Shown piece by piece: positions 42,265 through 52,158 of a stretch of DNA of 64,000 nt. A program made the position numbers and the translations under genes. Source of the DNA: an uncultured Gemmataceae bacterium (lineage in GTDB: Bacteria; Planctomycetota; Planctomycetia; Gemmatales; Gemmataceae); assembly GCA_963750165.1 (NCBI GenBank), contig CAVVPN010000011.1, forward strand, positions 1,920,001-1,984,000, read 5' to 3'. Below the pieces are notes generated by a model that worked only from the letters and a program-made list of their open reading frames with translations, was not told the origin of the DNA and ran no database searches. The stretch's first letter is position 1; each line of letters opens with the position of its first letter.

Positions 42265-42415
42265 GGCGACACCTCGTTTCGCAGGAAGACGGCCGCGGCG
42301 GCGTGCTGTCCGCCGGGCCTGCTATGATGATAATACTCTCGAGGGCGGAGTACGCCAGCAGGGAATGGGTCCTGCCCGGCGGCCCGCCCCGGCCCTTGCT
42401 GGCGGTACGCTGTCC

Positions 42416-44020
42416 ATGACTGACCCCCTCGACACGGCGTTTTCGGAGCAGCCGCTCCCGGCCACCGCGGTCCCGGCGCCGCCGCGGTCCACGTCCCAGT
42501 GGGGCCGCGTCCGCATCGTCGCCGCGTGGGTGGTCATCCTCGTCCTGGTCACGCTGATCGCGGTGGTTCAGTATCTGAGCGAGGGCCGGCGCGACCAGAT
42601 CACCCATGAGGACCAGGAGGGCAAGGATCCCGTCGGCCTGGTCAACGCGCAGCTGCAGGGGCGCTACCTGGTCGGCATGCGCACCTTCCTCGCCGGCAGC
42701 GGCGCCGCCGCGCAGAAAGAGGACGTGGAACGCCAGGTGGAAACGATCAACACCGGCCCCGTCGATCAGCGCCTGCGCTATGTGGTCCTGGTCGGCGAGC
42801 TGGTCGGCGCTCACCGGGCGGTCGAGGAGATCGACCGGTTGAAGCAGCGGATGGCCAAGCAGCAAGTCGAACCGACGCCAACCCAGACGCAGTTGCTGCA
42901 CATCCTCCACCGCCTGTACGCGGACTACGGTAACCTGCGCCTGGACGCCCCCGGCGTGACGGCGGCGGAGCGCGACCTGCTGCGCAAGGAACTGGGCTGG
43001 TTCGGCGACCTGGCACTGGCGCCGCACGGCCTGCCGGAGGCGGCGCCGCAGGCGTTGGCCGCGGCGGCGGGCGGCCCGGCGGCGGTGGTGGCAACGCAGG
43101 CCAAAACGCCCGACCCGAAGGCCCGTGAGGCGGCGCTGGCCCCGGCGACGCGCACCTTTCTGACTGCCTTTGGGGCGGTGGGGGTGGTGCTGCTGGCGAC
43201 GGGCGCTGGTTTCGTGCTGCTGATCGTGATGGGCATCCTGTGGCTGCGCGGCGGCATCTCGGGAGGTCTGTACCTGGGCACGCGCCGCGGCAGCGTTTAC
43301 GCGGAAACGTTCGCGCTGTGGCTGCTGCTGTTCATGGCGCTGCAGGTGGCGGTCGTCTTCGCCCCGGACGGCTGGCGGTTGCCGGCGGCGCTGGGGGCAG
43401 ACCTGCTGAGCCTGACGGCGCTGGGCTGGCCGGTGCTGCGCGGCGTGCCGTGGCGGCACCTGATCTACGAGGTCGGCCTGTTCCCGGGCAGGCAGCCGCC
43501 GCTGGAGCCGGTGTATGGCGTCGTGGGCTATCTGATGATGCTGCCGATCATCCTCGGCGTGGCGCTGGTGACCTTCGTCCTGATGGCGCTGCAAAAGTTT
43601 CTGGAAGGCGTCGGCAATCCGCACGACAGTTTTCAGCCGATCGGCGGCCCGTCGCACCCGGCGGTGGAGCTGGTGGTGTTCGGCGACGTGTGGCAGCGGA
43701 TACTGGTGTTCGTGCTCGCGGCGGTCATGGCGCCGCTCATCGAGGAGATCATGTTCCGCGGCGTCCTGTACCGCCATCTGCGCGAATTGAGCGCCGGCTG
43801 GCAGCGCTGGCTCAGTGTGGTGTTCAGCGCTGTGGTCATGAGCTTCCTGTTCGCGGTGATCCATCCGCAGGGCCTGGCGCTGGTGCCGGTGCTGATGACG
43901 CTGTCGTTCGCGCTGACGCTGGTGCGCGAGTGGCGCGTCACGCTGGTGCCGGGCATGGTCGCGCATGGGCTGCACAACGGCTTCATCTGCGCGTTCACGA
44001 TGCTGGCGATCGGCAGCTGA
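42416..44020 (+). CDS. CPBP-family intramembrane glutamic endopeptidase
   Basis: Multiple TMs; PLIEEIMFRG, FAVIH, AHGLHN. Confidence 0.9.
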   Translation: MTDPLDTAFSEQPLPATAVPAPPRSTSQWGRVRIVAAWVVILVLVTLIAVVQYLSEGRRDQITHEDQEGKDPVGLVNAQLQGRYLVGMRTFLAGSGAAAQKEDVERQVETINTGPVDQRLRYVVLVGELVGAHRAVEEIDRLKQRMAKQQVEPTPTQTQLLHILHRLYADYGNLRLDAPGVTAAERDLLRKELGWFGDLALAPHGLPEAAPQALAAAAGGPAAVVATQAKTPDPKAREAALAPATRTFLTAFGAVGVVLLATGAGFVLLIVMGILWLRGGISGGLYLGTRRGSVYAETFALWLLLFMALQVAVVFAPDGWRLPAALGADLLSLTALGWPVLRGVPWRHLIYEVGLFPGRQPPLEPVYGVVGYLMMLPIILGVALVTFVLMALQKFLEGVGNPHDSFQPIGGPSHPAVELVVFGDVWQRILVFVLAAVMAPLIEEIMFRGVLYRHLRELSAGWQRWLSVVFSAVVMSFLFAVIHPQGLALVPVLMTLSFALTLVREWRVTLVPGMVAHGLHNGFICAFTMLAIGS

Positions 44021-44028
44021 CGGCTGCT

Positions 44029-44049
44029 TTCCGCCGCTTGCGGCAGAAA
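44029..44049. repeat. 21-bp palindrome, family E; identical copy at 55404-55424
   Basis: TTCCGCCGCTTGCGGCAGAAA, located between convergent genes. Confidence 0.7.
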
Positions 44050-44058
44050 ATCAGGGTT

Positions 44059-45044
44059 TCAGCCCTCCCCGCGCCGCACGCGCACCATCTGGCCGCGCCG
44101 CCGCACCCGCACCCGCCCCGGCAGATCGACCGCGACCCCCTCGCCCCGCGCCACCGCCGCCGCCCGCTCCCACGCCGCGAAGCTCATCGCCCCCTGCGGC
44201 CAACCCTCGCGCCGCCACAGCAACCGCAGCAGCTCGCGCAACCGGTGCCGCGGCGCCGCCTCCAGACAACGGCCGTCCAAAATAATCTCCGCGCCTGCCC
44301 GCGGCCGCTCCGCCGCTGCCAGCAGCGCCGCGGCCGCCGCCGTCTCGATCTGCTGCACCTCGGCTGCCTGTTCCGCGAGTGAGCACAGCACCGTGGTGAT
44401 CGCCGGATTGTAATGCGTCGCCAGGTGCGGCAGCAGTTCGTGCCGCAGACGATTGCGCGTGAAGCGCAGGTCCGCGTTCGAGCTGTCGTGCCGCACGTCC
44501 TGGCCCAGTTCCTGCAAATACGCCAGCACGTCCGCCCGCCGCACGCGCAGGAGCGGCCGTACCACCTCCACGCCCGGCGCCAGCGGCCGCCGTGCCGGGA
44601 TGCCGCACATTCCGCGCAAACCCGTGCCACGCAGCAGCCGATGGAGTACCGTTTCCGCCTGATCGTCTGCCGTGTGACCGGTCGCCACCCAGACCGCCCC
44701 TGCCTCCCGGGCCACCGCTGTCAGCCAGTCGTAGCGCCGCCGCCGCGCCGCCGCTTCGAGGTTGTCGCCAGCGGCGCGGGCCGCCACGTCGAGCCTTTCT
44801 ACCCGCAGCCGCAGCGCGGCCCCTGCGGCGCTGAGCCGGGCGCACAGGTCGCGCACGAACGCCTCATCAGCGTCGCTCTCGGAGCCGCGAAGTTGGTGGT
44901 TGAGGTGGGCGACGGTGAGCGGGACAGCGGGGCGGGCCACCACGATGGCGCGCAGCAGCGCGACGCTGTCGGGGCCGCCGGAAACGGCGACGACACCGGG
45001 ACCGTCCAGCCCGGCCAGGGCGCGGCCCACCGCCTCGGGCAGCG

Positions 45045-45048
<4 letters not shown>
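44059..45048 (-). CDS. tilS: tRNA(Ile)-lysidine synthetase (short form)
   Basis: AVSGGPDS PP-loop, HLNHQLR, TGHTADDQAET, RPLL, DSSN, RNRLR. Confidence 0.95.
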
Positions 45049-45848
<800 letters not shown>

Positions 45849-45889
45849 AGAATCCCCTTTCAGGCATTCTACTGGCGAAGGGGGCGGCG

Positions 45890-46942
45890 ATGCACTGGAT
45901 CGAGCTGTGGTGGCCGCTGCTGATGTGCCTGGCGCTGGCCGGGGCGGGCGCCGCGGTGTGTCTGCCGTTGTGGTTGGCGGTGCGGCCGCGGCGGCTGCTG
46001 CCGCGCTGGCGCCGCTGGCGCGCGCCCTGGAACGGCCTGGTCGTGGTGATCGTGATGCTGCTCAGCCAGCTGGTGGAGAGCGCCGTTTATCTGGTGCTGG
46101 TCATGGTCGGCGTGTTCCAGCCGCGCGCGGACGACACCACCGAACCGATGCCGCCGCTGGACCTGTTGCGGGCGAAGTTGCTGGCGCTGCCGGGTCAGGT
46201 GCTGCTGATCGTGTCCATTCTGTGGCTGGCGTGTGGGGCGCGGCCGGAACGGCTGGGGCTGACGTTGCGGCGGCCGGCGCGTAACGTCATCGCGGGCTAC
46301 CTGGTCTGGCTGGCGGTGACGCCGCCGCTGTTCGTGCTGTTTTTCGTGCTGCAACAGTTCATCTCGACGCCGCGGCACCCCATGCAAGAAGTGGACGTGA
46401 CGACGGCGTGGCCGCTGCTGTTGCTGGGAGTGGTGGTGGCGGCGCCGCTGGTGGAGGAGCTGGTCTTCCGCGGTGTGCTGCTGCCGTGGAGCCTGAACGC
46501 GCCGCCGGATCGGCAGTACCTGGTCGGCGTGGTCGCGCTGCTGCTGGCCTTCGCGCAGGGCTATAAAAAAGGCAGCGCCTTCAACCCAGCCCCGGCGGTG
46601 TTCATCGCGCTGCTGCTGCCGGGCTTCCTGCTGCTGCCCTACTTCACGCTGCGCTGCCGCCCGGAAGTGCCGCAGGACACGAGGGGGCTGCCGCTGCTTC
46701 AGGCGTGGTGGCGGCGGCTGGTCGAGTGCGCCGAGCAGCCGCGAACCCGGCCGCTGCTGGCGGTCTACGGCAACGGTCTGCTGTTCGGGGCGGTGCATAC
46801 ATTAATGTGGCCATCGCCGGTCCCGCTGGTGCTGCTGGGCTGGGCGCTGGCGTGGCTGGCCTACCGCACACAGAGCCTGGTCGGGCCGATCCTCGTGCAT
46901 GCGCTGTTCAACGGCGTGACCTTCCTGACGCTGGTGACGTAG
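45890..46942 (+). CDS. CPBP-family intramembrane glutamic endopeptidase
   Basis: PLVEELVFRG, FGAVH, VHALFN; multiple TMs. Confidence 0.88.
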   Translation: MHWIELWWPLLMCLALAGAGAAVCLPLWLAVRPRRLLPRWRRWRAPWNGLVVVIVMLLSQLVESAVYLVLVMVGVFQPRADDTTEPMPPLDLLRAKLLALPGQVLLIVSILWLACGARPERLGLTLRRPARNVIAGYLVWLAVTPPLFVLFFVLQQFISTPRHPMQEVDVTTAWPLLLLGVVVAAPLVEELVFRGVLLPWSLNAPPDRQYLVGVVALLLAFAQGYKKGSAFNPAPAVFIALLLPGFLLLPYFTLRCRPEVPQDTRGLPLLQAWWRRLVECAEQPRTRPLLAVYGNGLLFGAVHTLMWPSPVPLVLLGWALAWLAYRTQSLVGPILVHALFNGVTFLTLVT

Positions 46943-46954
46943 CCGAGCCCCCTC

Positions 46955-47003
46955 TGACCCCGTTTACGTTTCGCGCGGCCAGCGCGAAACGTAAACGGGG
47001 TCA
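46955..47003. terminator. 22-bp perfect hairpin between convergent genes (family D)
   Basis: TGACCCCGTTTACGTTTCGCGC-GGCCA-GCGCGAAACGTAAACGGGGTCA. Confidence 0.75.
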
Positions 47004-47014
47004 AATGAGATCGC

Positions 47015-48382
47015 TCATTTGGCCCGTACCTTCGCCACCTGCTGCCGCACCGCCGCGATAATCAGTTCCTCCACGCGCGGCCCCCACACCGTCGGCTGGC
47101 CGTAATACACCATCGCGCCGCCGCCTTCGTAGCCGCCCTCCTTGAGCACACGCAGCGACGGGATGTACGCCATCACGTCGTTGCTGTAGCCTGCTACCCA
47201 CAGCGGCCGGCCGACTTCCTTCTTCAGACGCAGGGCGTAGTCCACCACCACCTCGCCGCCCAGCGCCACCCACGTCGGCCCGTTGCCCAGCTGCCACGCC
47301 TGCACTGGATACGGATAGCTGCCGCGCAGTTTCCCCGATTTGTTCAGCTCCGCGAGCAGATATTTCGCCCGCGCCGCCACGAATTTGTTTTTGTCCATTG
47401 AATCCTTGACCAGCGCCTCGCGCGTCGGCAGCTCCGCGAAGGGCAAGCCAATCTCCGTGTAAGCCGCTCGCAATTCTCCCTGGATCGGGTTTAGCTTGTG
47501 GTCCAGGACCGCTTGCACCACGTCGGCCAGTTCGTCGCCATACTTCTGCGCCAGGGCGACGGTGCGGCGCGGCAGCGGGTTCTGATCCCCGCCGCAGCCG
47601 GCCCAGAACAGCGCCACCGCCCCCGGAAATCGCTTCTCCAGCGCCGCCTGCGCGAAGCCGGGGTAGTCACCGGACCACTGGTAAAAGCTCAGCACCGTCG
47701 CGTGGCAGGCGTAGCCGAAGACGACCGCCCGCAGCTTGCCGCCGGGGTCGCGCACCGCCAGCACCGGTACGTCGTGGTCCACCGGCCCCTTGAGTTGGCC
47801 CGCCGCCTGCAACTTCGGCACCTCCGCCTCCTTGTTGTTGCGGCGGTTGACCGCGAAGGTGGCCTTGCTGACTCGCCACGCCAGGCTCGCCGGAGCCAGA
47901 TCCTTCAGCGCGTCGCCGACCACGCGCACCAGTTTCTTCGACAACATCTGGCCGTACTCCGCGACCAGCTGCCGCTGCGTCACGTCGAGGTTGTACATGG
48001 TTTGCAGGTTGCCGCGCACCACCGGCCCGGTGTGCGTGTGCGAGCAGTTCAGCAGCACCGCCTCGCGCGGCAGGCCGTACTGCTTCTTCAGCGCGGCGCA
48101 CACCTCGACGGACAGGCCGCGGTCAATGCCGACCAGGTCCATCGTCACGAGCACGACACGATGGCCGGCGGGGTCTTCGAGCACCAGCGCCTTGGCCCAC
48201 AGGTCGGTGAGCTTGCCCTCCGCGGGTTTCGTGCGGGCGCCGTAGCCGGACATCCACATCAACTTCGCCGGCGTAATGTTGATTTTGGCGACGCCGGCCT
48301 TCCACGGCTTGCCTTCCTGGGCCGCAGCGGGGACGGTCAGCCCCACGCTCAGAAGCAGTGCAACCATCAGTGTGCGCATCAT
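47015..48382 (-). CDS. Secreted neutral/alkaline ceramidase N-terminal-domain protein
   Basis: Signal peptide; WMSGYGAR, CSHTHTGP, YACHAT, SGDYPG, GCGGDQNP, GEVVVDY, EGGYEG. Confidence 0.85.
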   Translation of the reverse strand: MMRTLMVALLLSVGLTVPAAAQEGKPWKAGVAKINITPAKLMWMSGYGARTKPAEGKLTDLWAKALVLEDPAGHRVVLVTMDLVGIDRGLSVEVCAALKKQYGLPREAVLLNCSHTHTGPVVRGNLQTMYNLDVTQRQLVAEYGQMLSKKLVRVVGDALKDLAPASLAWRVSKATFAVNRRNNKEAEVPKLQAAGQLKGPVDHDVPVLAVRDPGGKLRAVVFGYACHATVLSFYQWSGDYPGFAQAALEKRFPGAVALFWAGCGGDQNPLPRRTVALAQKYGDELADVVQAVLDHKLNPIQGELRAAYTEIGLPFAELPTREALVKDSMDKNKFVAARAKYLLAELNKSGKLRGSYPYPVQAWQLGNGPTWVALGGEVVVDYALRLKKEVGRPLWVAGYSNDVMAYIPSLRVLKEGGYEGGGAMVYYGQPTVWGPRVEELIIAAVRQQVAKVRAK

Positions 48383-48499
48383 GGAATCGCTCCGAGTTTT
48401 TGGCTTGCCGCTTGCGGCGTAGCGGCCGAACTTTTGATTGCTATCATAACCCGCGTCGCACCCGTGGAAGAAGAAAATCGCCCCACCGAGGACCGCACC

Positions 48500-49549
48500 A
48501 TGCTGCGTCTGTCTTCCGCTCTGCTGTTCCTGCCGCTGCTGCTCCCCAACGCCGCCCGCGAACCGGCCCAGCCGCCGGCGCCCGCGCCGCAGCCGCCGAA
48601 GCTGCTGCGCGTCGGCATCATCGGCCTGGACACGTCGCACGTCACCGCGTTCACCGCCCTGCTCAACAACCCCAAAAACGAGGGCGATCTGGCCGGCTTC
48701 AAAGTCGTCGCGGCCTTCCCCGGCGGCAGCCCGGACATCCCGGACAGCAAGAACCGCCTGGAAGGTTTCACGAACACGCTGCGCGACAAGTACGGCGTCA
48801 AGATCGTCGGCTCCATCGATGAACTGCTCAAGGAAGTGGACGTGGTGCTGCTGGAAAGCGTGGACGGCCGGACGCACCTGAAGCAGGTGATCCCGGTGTT
48901 CAAGGCCGGCAAACCGGTGTTCATCGACAAGCCGTTCGCCGGCTCGCTGGTGGACGCCATCCACATCGTCGATCTGGCGAAGCGTTACAAGGTGCCGTGC
49001 TTCTCCGCCTCGTCACTGCGCTTCAGCCCCGGCATCCAGGGCGTGCGCACCAACCCCAAGATCGGCGGCGTGATCGGCTGTGACGTGTGGGGGCCGTGTA
49101 CGCTGGAGAAGCACCACCCTGACCTGTACTGGTACGGCGTTCACGGCGTCGAGATGCTGTACACGGTCATGGGCCCCGGCTGCGAGATTGTGGCGCGGAC
49201 GCAGACGGTCGATACGGAATTCGTCGTCGGCACCTGGAAGGACGGCCGGGTCGGCACGTTCCGCGGCATCCGCAAGGGCAAGGCCGGGTACGGCGGCACG
49301 GTGTTCGGCGTCAAGGACATTCAGCCGATCGGCAAGTACGAGGGCTACAAGCCGCTGGTGGTGGAGATTTGCAAGTTCTTCCGCACGGGCCGGGCGCCGG
49401 TGAGCCTGGACGAAACGCTGGAGATGTTCGCGTTCATGGAGGCCGCCGACGTGAGCAAACGCACGGGCGGGGCGCCGGTGGCGCTGCAAGAGCAGGTGAT
49501 GGCAAACGCGCGGGCGGAACTGAAGCGGCGCCTGAAGGACGCGAAGTGA
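48500..49549 (+). CDS. Secreted Gfo/Idh/MocA-family oxidoreductase
   Basis: RVGIIGLDTSHV, VFIDKP, SSLRF, WYGVHGVE. Confidence 0.85.
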   Translation: MLRLSSALLFLPLLLPNAAREPAQPPAPAPQPPKLLRVGIIGLDTSHVTAFTALLNNPKNEGDLAGFKVVAAFPGGSPDIPDSKNRLEGFTNTLRDKYGVKIVGSIDELLKEVDVVLLESVDGRTHLKQVIPVFKAGKPVFIDKPFAGSLVDAIHIVDLAKRYKVPCFSASSLRFSPGIQGVRTNPKIGGVIGCDVWGPCTLEKHHPDLYWYGVHGVEMLYTVMGPGCEIVARTQTVDTEFVVGTWKDGRVGTFRGIRKGKAGYGGTVFGVKDIQPIGKYEGYKPLVVEICKFFRTGRAPVSLDETLEMFAFMEAADVSKRTGGAPVALQEQVMANARAELKRRLKDAK

Positions 49550-49556
49550 TTTCTCA

Positions 49557-49611
49557 TGGTGCAGGCGGGACGCCTGCGTTCCGGTTCCCCAGGCGGGACG
49601 CCTGCACCACG
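49557..49611. repeat. REP-like doublet, family C
   Basis: TGGTGCAGGCGGGACGCCTGC ... CAGGCGGGACGCCTGCACCACG, between convergent genes. Confidence 0.75.
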
Positions 49612-49619
49612 GGAAGAAT

Positions 49620-50525
49620 TCACTCCGCCAGCAGTTCGTGGGCGCGCAGCCACATCTCGCGGTGCAGGCCCGCCCGCTCCTCGCGCAGCCCCAGCGCCGC
49701 CGCCCGGTTGCGGGCCGTCTCAGCGCCGGCGCCCTCCGCGGTGCGGAAGTGCAGATACCACAGGCTGCCCGCCAGCGCCCCATCGCGGTCGTACACGAAC
49801 ACCGGCTGCCCTGCCGCGTCCGCGACCAGCTTGTTGAACTCATCCAATGTCTTGCGGCTCAGCTGCGGCGACACCTCCAGGCTGACGTAGACCATGCCGC
49901 GCTTCTCCACTTGCTTGCGGTCGGCGCTGTCGATCAGTCCCGGCTCGCGCAGGTGGATCACCGTGCGATAGCCGTTGTTTTTCAGCCAGTCGAGGCCGTC
50001 GTCCAGCATCGGCCGCAGACCGGCGCTGACGCGCTCATGGGCCATCGCGAATTGCGGAATGCCCACGGGCAGCACAGCCGGCCCGGCCGGCGGCTTGTAG
50101 GCGTTACTCTTCGGAGTGGCCGCGACCAGCTGCGGCGCGTTCGGGTCCTGTTTCAGCGGTTGCGGCGTGCCGAGCTGGATGGTTACCTCGCTGGGCTGCC
50201 ACCTGGCCTGGGGGCGCGGCGCCGTGTTAGAGCCGGACATCTGCGGGTTGACGGGAGCCGGTGGTGGCGGAGGCGGCGGCTGGAAGGTGCCACCGGACGG
50301 CAGCGGTTGCACCGTCGTCGGCCCCGTCGGCAGCGGTTGGGGTGGCGGGACCACCGGAACCTGGCCACCACCGGGCAGGAACACCCCGGAAGAAGGTGGG
50401 CCGAGTACCCCTGGCTGTGGGCCGGAGACGGGGCCACACGCGGGCCGCTGACAGGCGTGCTGACAGCCTCCCAGGGCCGCCAGGCACAGGGCCACCGCTG
50501 TCAGCCAGCAAAGCTTCGTGTTCAT
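49620..50525 (-). CDS. Lipoprotein with a Pro-rich linker and a DUF442/PTP-like domain lacking the catalytic Cys/Arg
   Basis: Lipobox LGGC; GLDWLKNNGYRTVIHLREP; PVFVYDRDGALAG where PVxxHCxxGxR is expected. Confidence 0.75.
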   Translation of the reverse strand: MNTKLCWLTAVALCLAALGGCQHACQRPACGPVSGPQPGVLGPPSSGVFLPGGGQVPVVPPPQPLPTGPTTVQPLPSGGTFQPPPPPPPAPVNPQMSGSNTAPRPQARWQPSEVTIQLGTPQPLKQDPNAPQLVAATPKSNAYKPPAGPAVLPVGIPQFAMAHERVSAGLRPMLDDGLDWLKNNGYRTVIHLREPGLIDSADRKQVEKRGMVYVSLEVSPQLSRKTLDEFNKLVADAAGQPVFVYDRDGALAGSLWYLHFRTAEGAGAETARNRAAALGLREERAGLHREMWLRAHELLAE

Positions 50526-50671
50526 GATGTCCCTCCCGCGTCGTGAGTCGCTCCCCCGCGGAATTGTACCCACGGACACCGCGGCCCAACGAGAGGGAAA
50601 GTCGCAGCTGCGCCGCGATTCGCCCGGAAAAACGACGGGTTGTTCCAGCTGGGAGGACTGTGCGCGGCGCT

Positions 50672-51184
50672 TCAACTGGAGCGGACGTGCTGCTCGGCCA
50701 TGACCGCCAGTTCGGTGAGCTTGGCGGCGGTCACGCCGATGCGCTCGAAGCACTCGGCGACGATGCTGTTGGTGGCGGTCAACAGACAGATGAGCAGGTC
50801 CATGGTCGTGGCCTGGCAGCGCTGGTGATCGACGGCCCGGCCGTACGCCTCGCGCATCAGGCGGATGACGTTGTCGGACAGGAATTCACGGCCGAGCAGC
50901 AGCACGGCATCGCACTCGCCCTGCTCCTGGTGGAACAATTCCTGGAACTGCCGCAGCAGATTGGGCAGGTCGGCGTTGAGGCGTTCGCCCCAGTTCCGGA
51001 CGCTGGCGTCGGGGGCGGCGAGCAGGCCCATGAAGACGTGCGGACTGCGAACGCTGTCCCACCGGGTAGCCCGCGCGAGCCGCAGCGACTCCTGCAGCGC
51101 CCGTCCGGATGCGTCGGTGAACAGTTCCAGGCGGAGGCCGCCGCCCGGATGAAAAATGTCGTCCGCGGGGGAGTCCGGTGTCAT
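50672..51184 (-). CDS. Stand-alone Clp N-terminal (Clp_N) double-repeat protein
   Basis: FTDASGRALQESLRLA...VRSPHVFMGLL and LSDNVIRLMREAY...TTMDLLICLL...FERIGV resemble two Clp_N repeats; no AAA+ domain. Confidence 0.7.
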   Translation of the reverse strand: MTPDSPADDIFHPGGGLRLELFTDASGRALQESLRLARATRWDSVRSPHVFMGLLAAPDASVRNWGERLNADLPNLLRQFQELFHQEQGECDAVLLLGREFLSDNVIRLMREAYGRAVDHQRCQATTMDLLICLLTATNSIVAECFERIGVTAAKLTELAVMAEQHVRSS

Positions 51185-51269
51185 CGAGCAAGTCCTTGGG
51201 TTACTGCCGAGGGGTCCTCCCCCAATTATGGCGGCGCGGCCGCGTTCACGCAAGCGGTGCGGTGCGGAT

Positions 51270-51342
51270 GACAGGGTGAAGGGATGAGGGGGTGACAAAG
51301 CAGTTGCCTTTCACCCTCTCACCCCTTCACCCCTCACCTTCA
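51270..51342. repeat. Imperfect hairpin built from tandem GGGTGA/TCACCC-type ~8-mers
   Basis: GACAGGGTGAAGGGATGAGGGGGTGA ... TCACCCTCTCACCCCTTCACCCCTCACC; overlaps the scpA stop. Confidence 0.65.
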
Positions 51343-52046
51343 ACCGGTGCCACCCACAAGTCGCCGAACGCCTCCGGCTGCTCGACGTGGACGCGCCGCC
51401 CCTTGATTAGCTCCAGGATGGCCAGGAACAGCCCTAGCAGTCGGCCGCGCGTCCGCGGCGGCGTGAACAGCTCCGTCAGCGACAGCCGGGGTCGCGCCTG
51501 GAGTAGCTCCAGAATGCGCTCCATGTAAACGTGGATGGGCGTCTCATCCATGACGATCTGGCTCGGCTGCAGCGCCGCCGTCTCGCGCATGAGCCGGGCG
51601 AAGGCGCTCACCAGATCCCACAGCTCGACGCGGCGCAGCGGCTGCTGCGCGGGACCAGGCGTCGTCGGTGTCTCCACCGGTTGCCGGGCCAGCCGCGTCT
51701 GGTGCCGCTCGGCCTGGGCCTCCAGCAGCGTGGCGGCGTCCTTGTACTTCTTGTACTCGATCAGCTGTCGGACCAGTTCCTGACGCGGATCCTCTTCCGG
51801 CGCCCCGGCCTCCTCGGCACGCGGCAGCAGCAGCTTGCTCTTGATCTCCATCAATGTCGCGGCCATGACCAAAAACTCGCCGGCGTTCTCCACGTCGATC
51901 AGCTGGGCCGCGTTGAGATACACAAAATACTGCTCCGTAATGTGCGCAATTGGGATGTCGCAGATGTCCACCTCGTGCCGCTTGACGAGGTAGAGCAGCA
52001 GGTCCAGCGGGCCGCGGAAGGTGTCGAGTTCGACCTGGTAATCCAT
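51327..52046 (-). CDS. scpA: Segregation and condensation protein A (SMC kleisin)
   Basis: FRGPLDLLLYLV, DIPIAHITEQY, FLVMAATLMEIKSKLLLP, DPRQELV, FLAILEL. Confidence 0.95.
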   Translation of the reverse strand: MDYQVELDTFRGPLDLLLYLVKRHEVDICDIPIAHITEQYFVYLNAAQLIDVENAGEFLVMAATLMEIKSKLLLPRAEEAGAPEEDPRQELVRQLIEYKKYKDAATLLEAQAERHQTRLARQPVETPTTPGPAQQPLRRVELWDLVSAFARLMRETAALQPSQIVMDETPIHVYMERILELLQARPRLSLTELFTPPRTRGRLLGLFLAILELIKGRRVHVEQPEAFGDLWVAPVEGEG

Positions 52047-52047
52047 C

Positions 52048-52158
52048 TGGTCCGTTATCCGTGGTCCGCTGCAAGGAAAAAGGGTTGGAGCGCTGGGCCA
52101 TTTCCCGGCGCTCCAACCCTTGGTTTTACCACGGACCACGAACAACAGACAACGGACT
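52048..52158. repeat. Composite palindrome: tandem TCCGTGG-like heptamer arms around an 18-bp hairpin
   Basis: TCCGTTA-TCCGTGG-TCCGCTG ... AAGGGTTGGAGCGCTGGG / CCCGGCGCTCCAACCCTT ... CCACGGA-CCACGAA-CAACAGA-CAACGGA. Confidence 0.8.
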
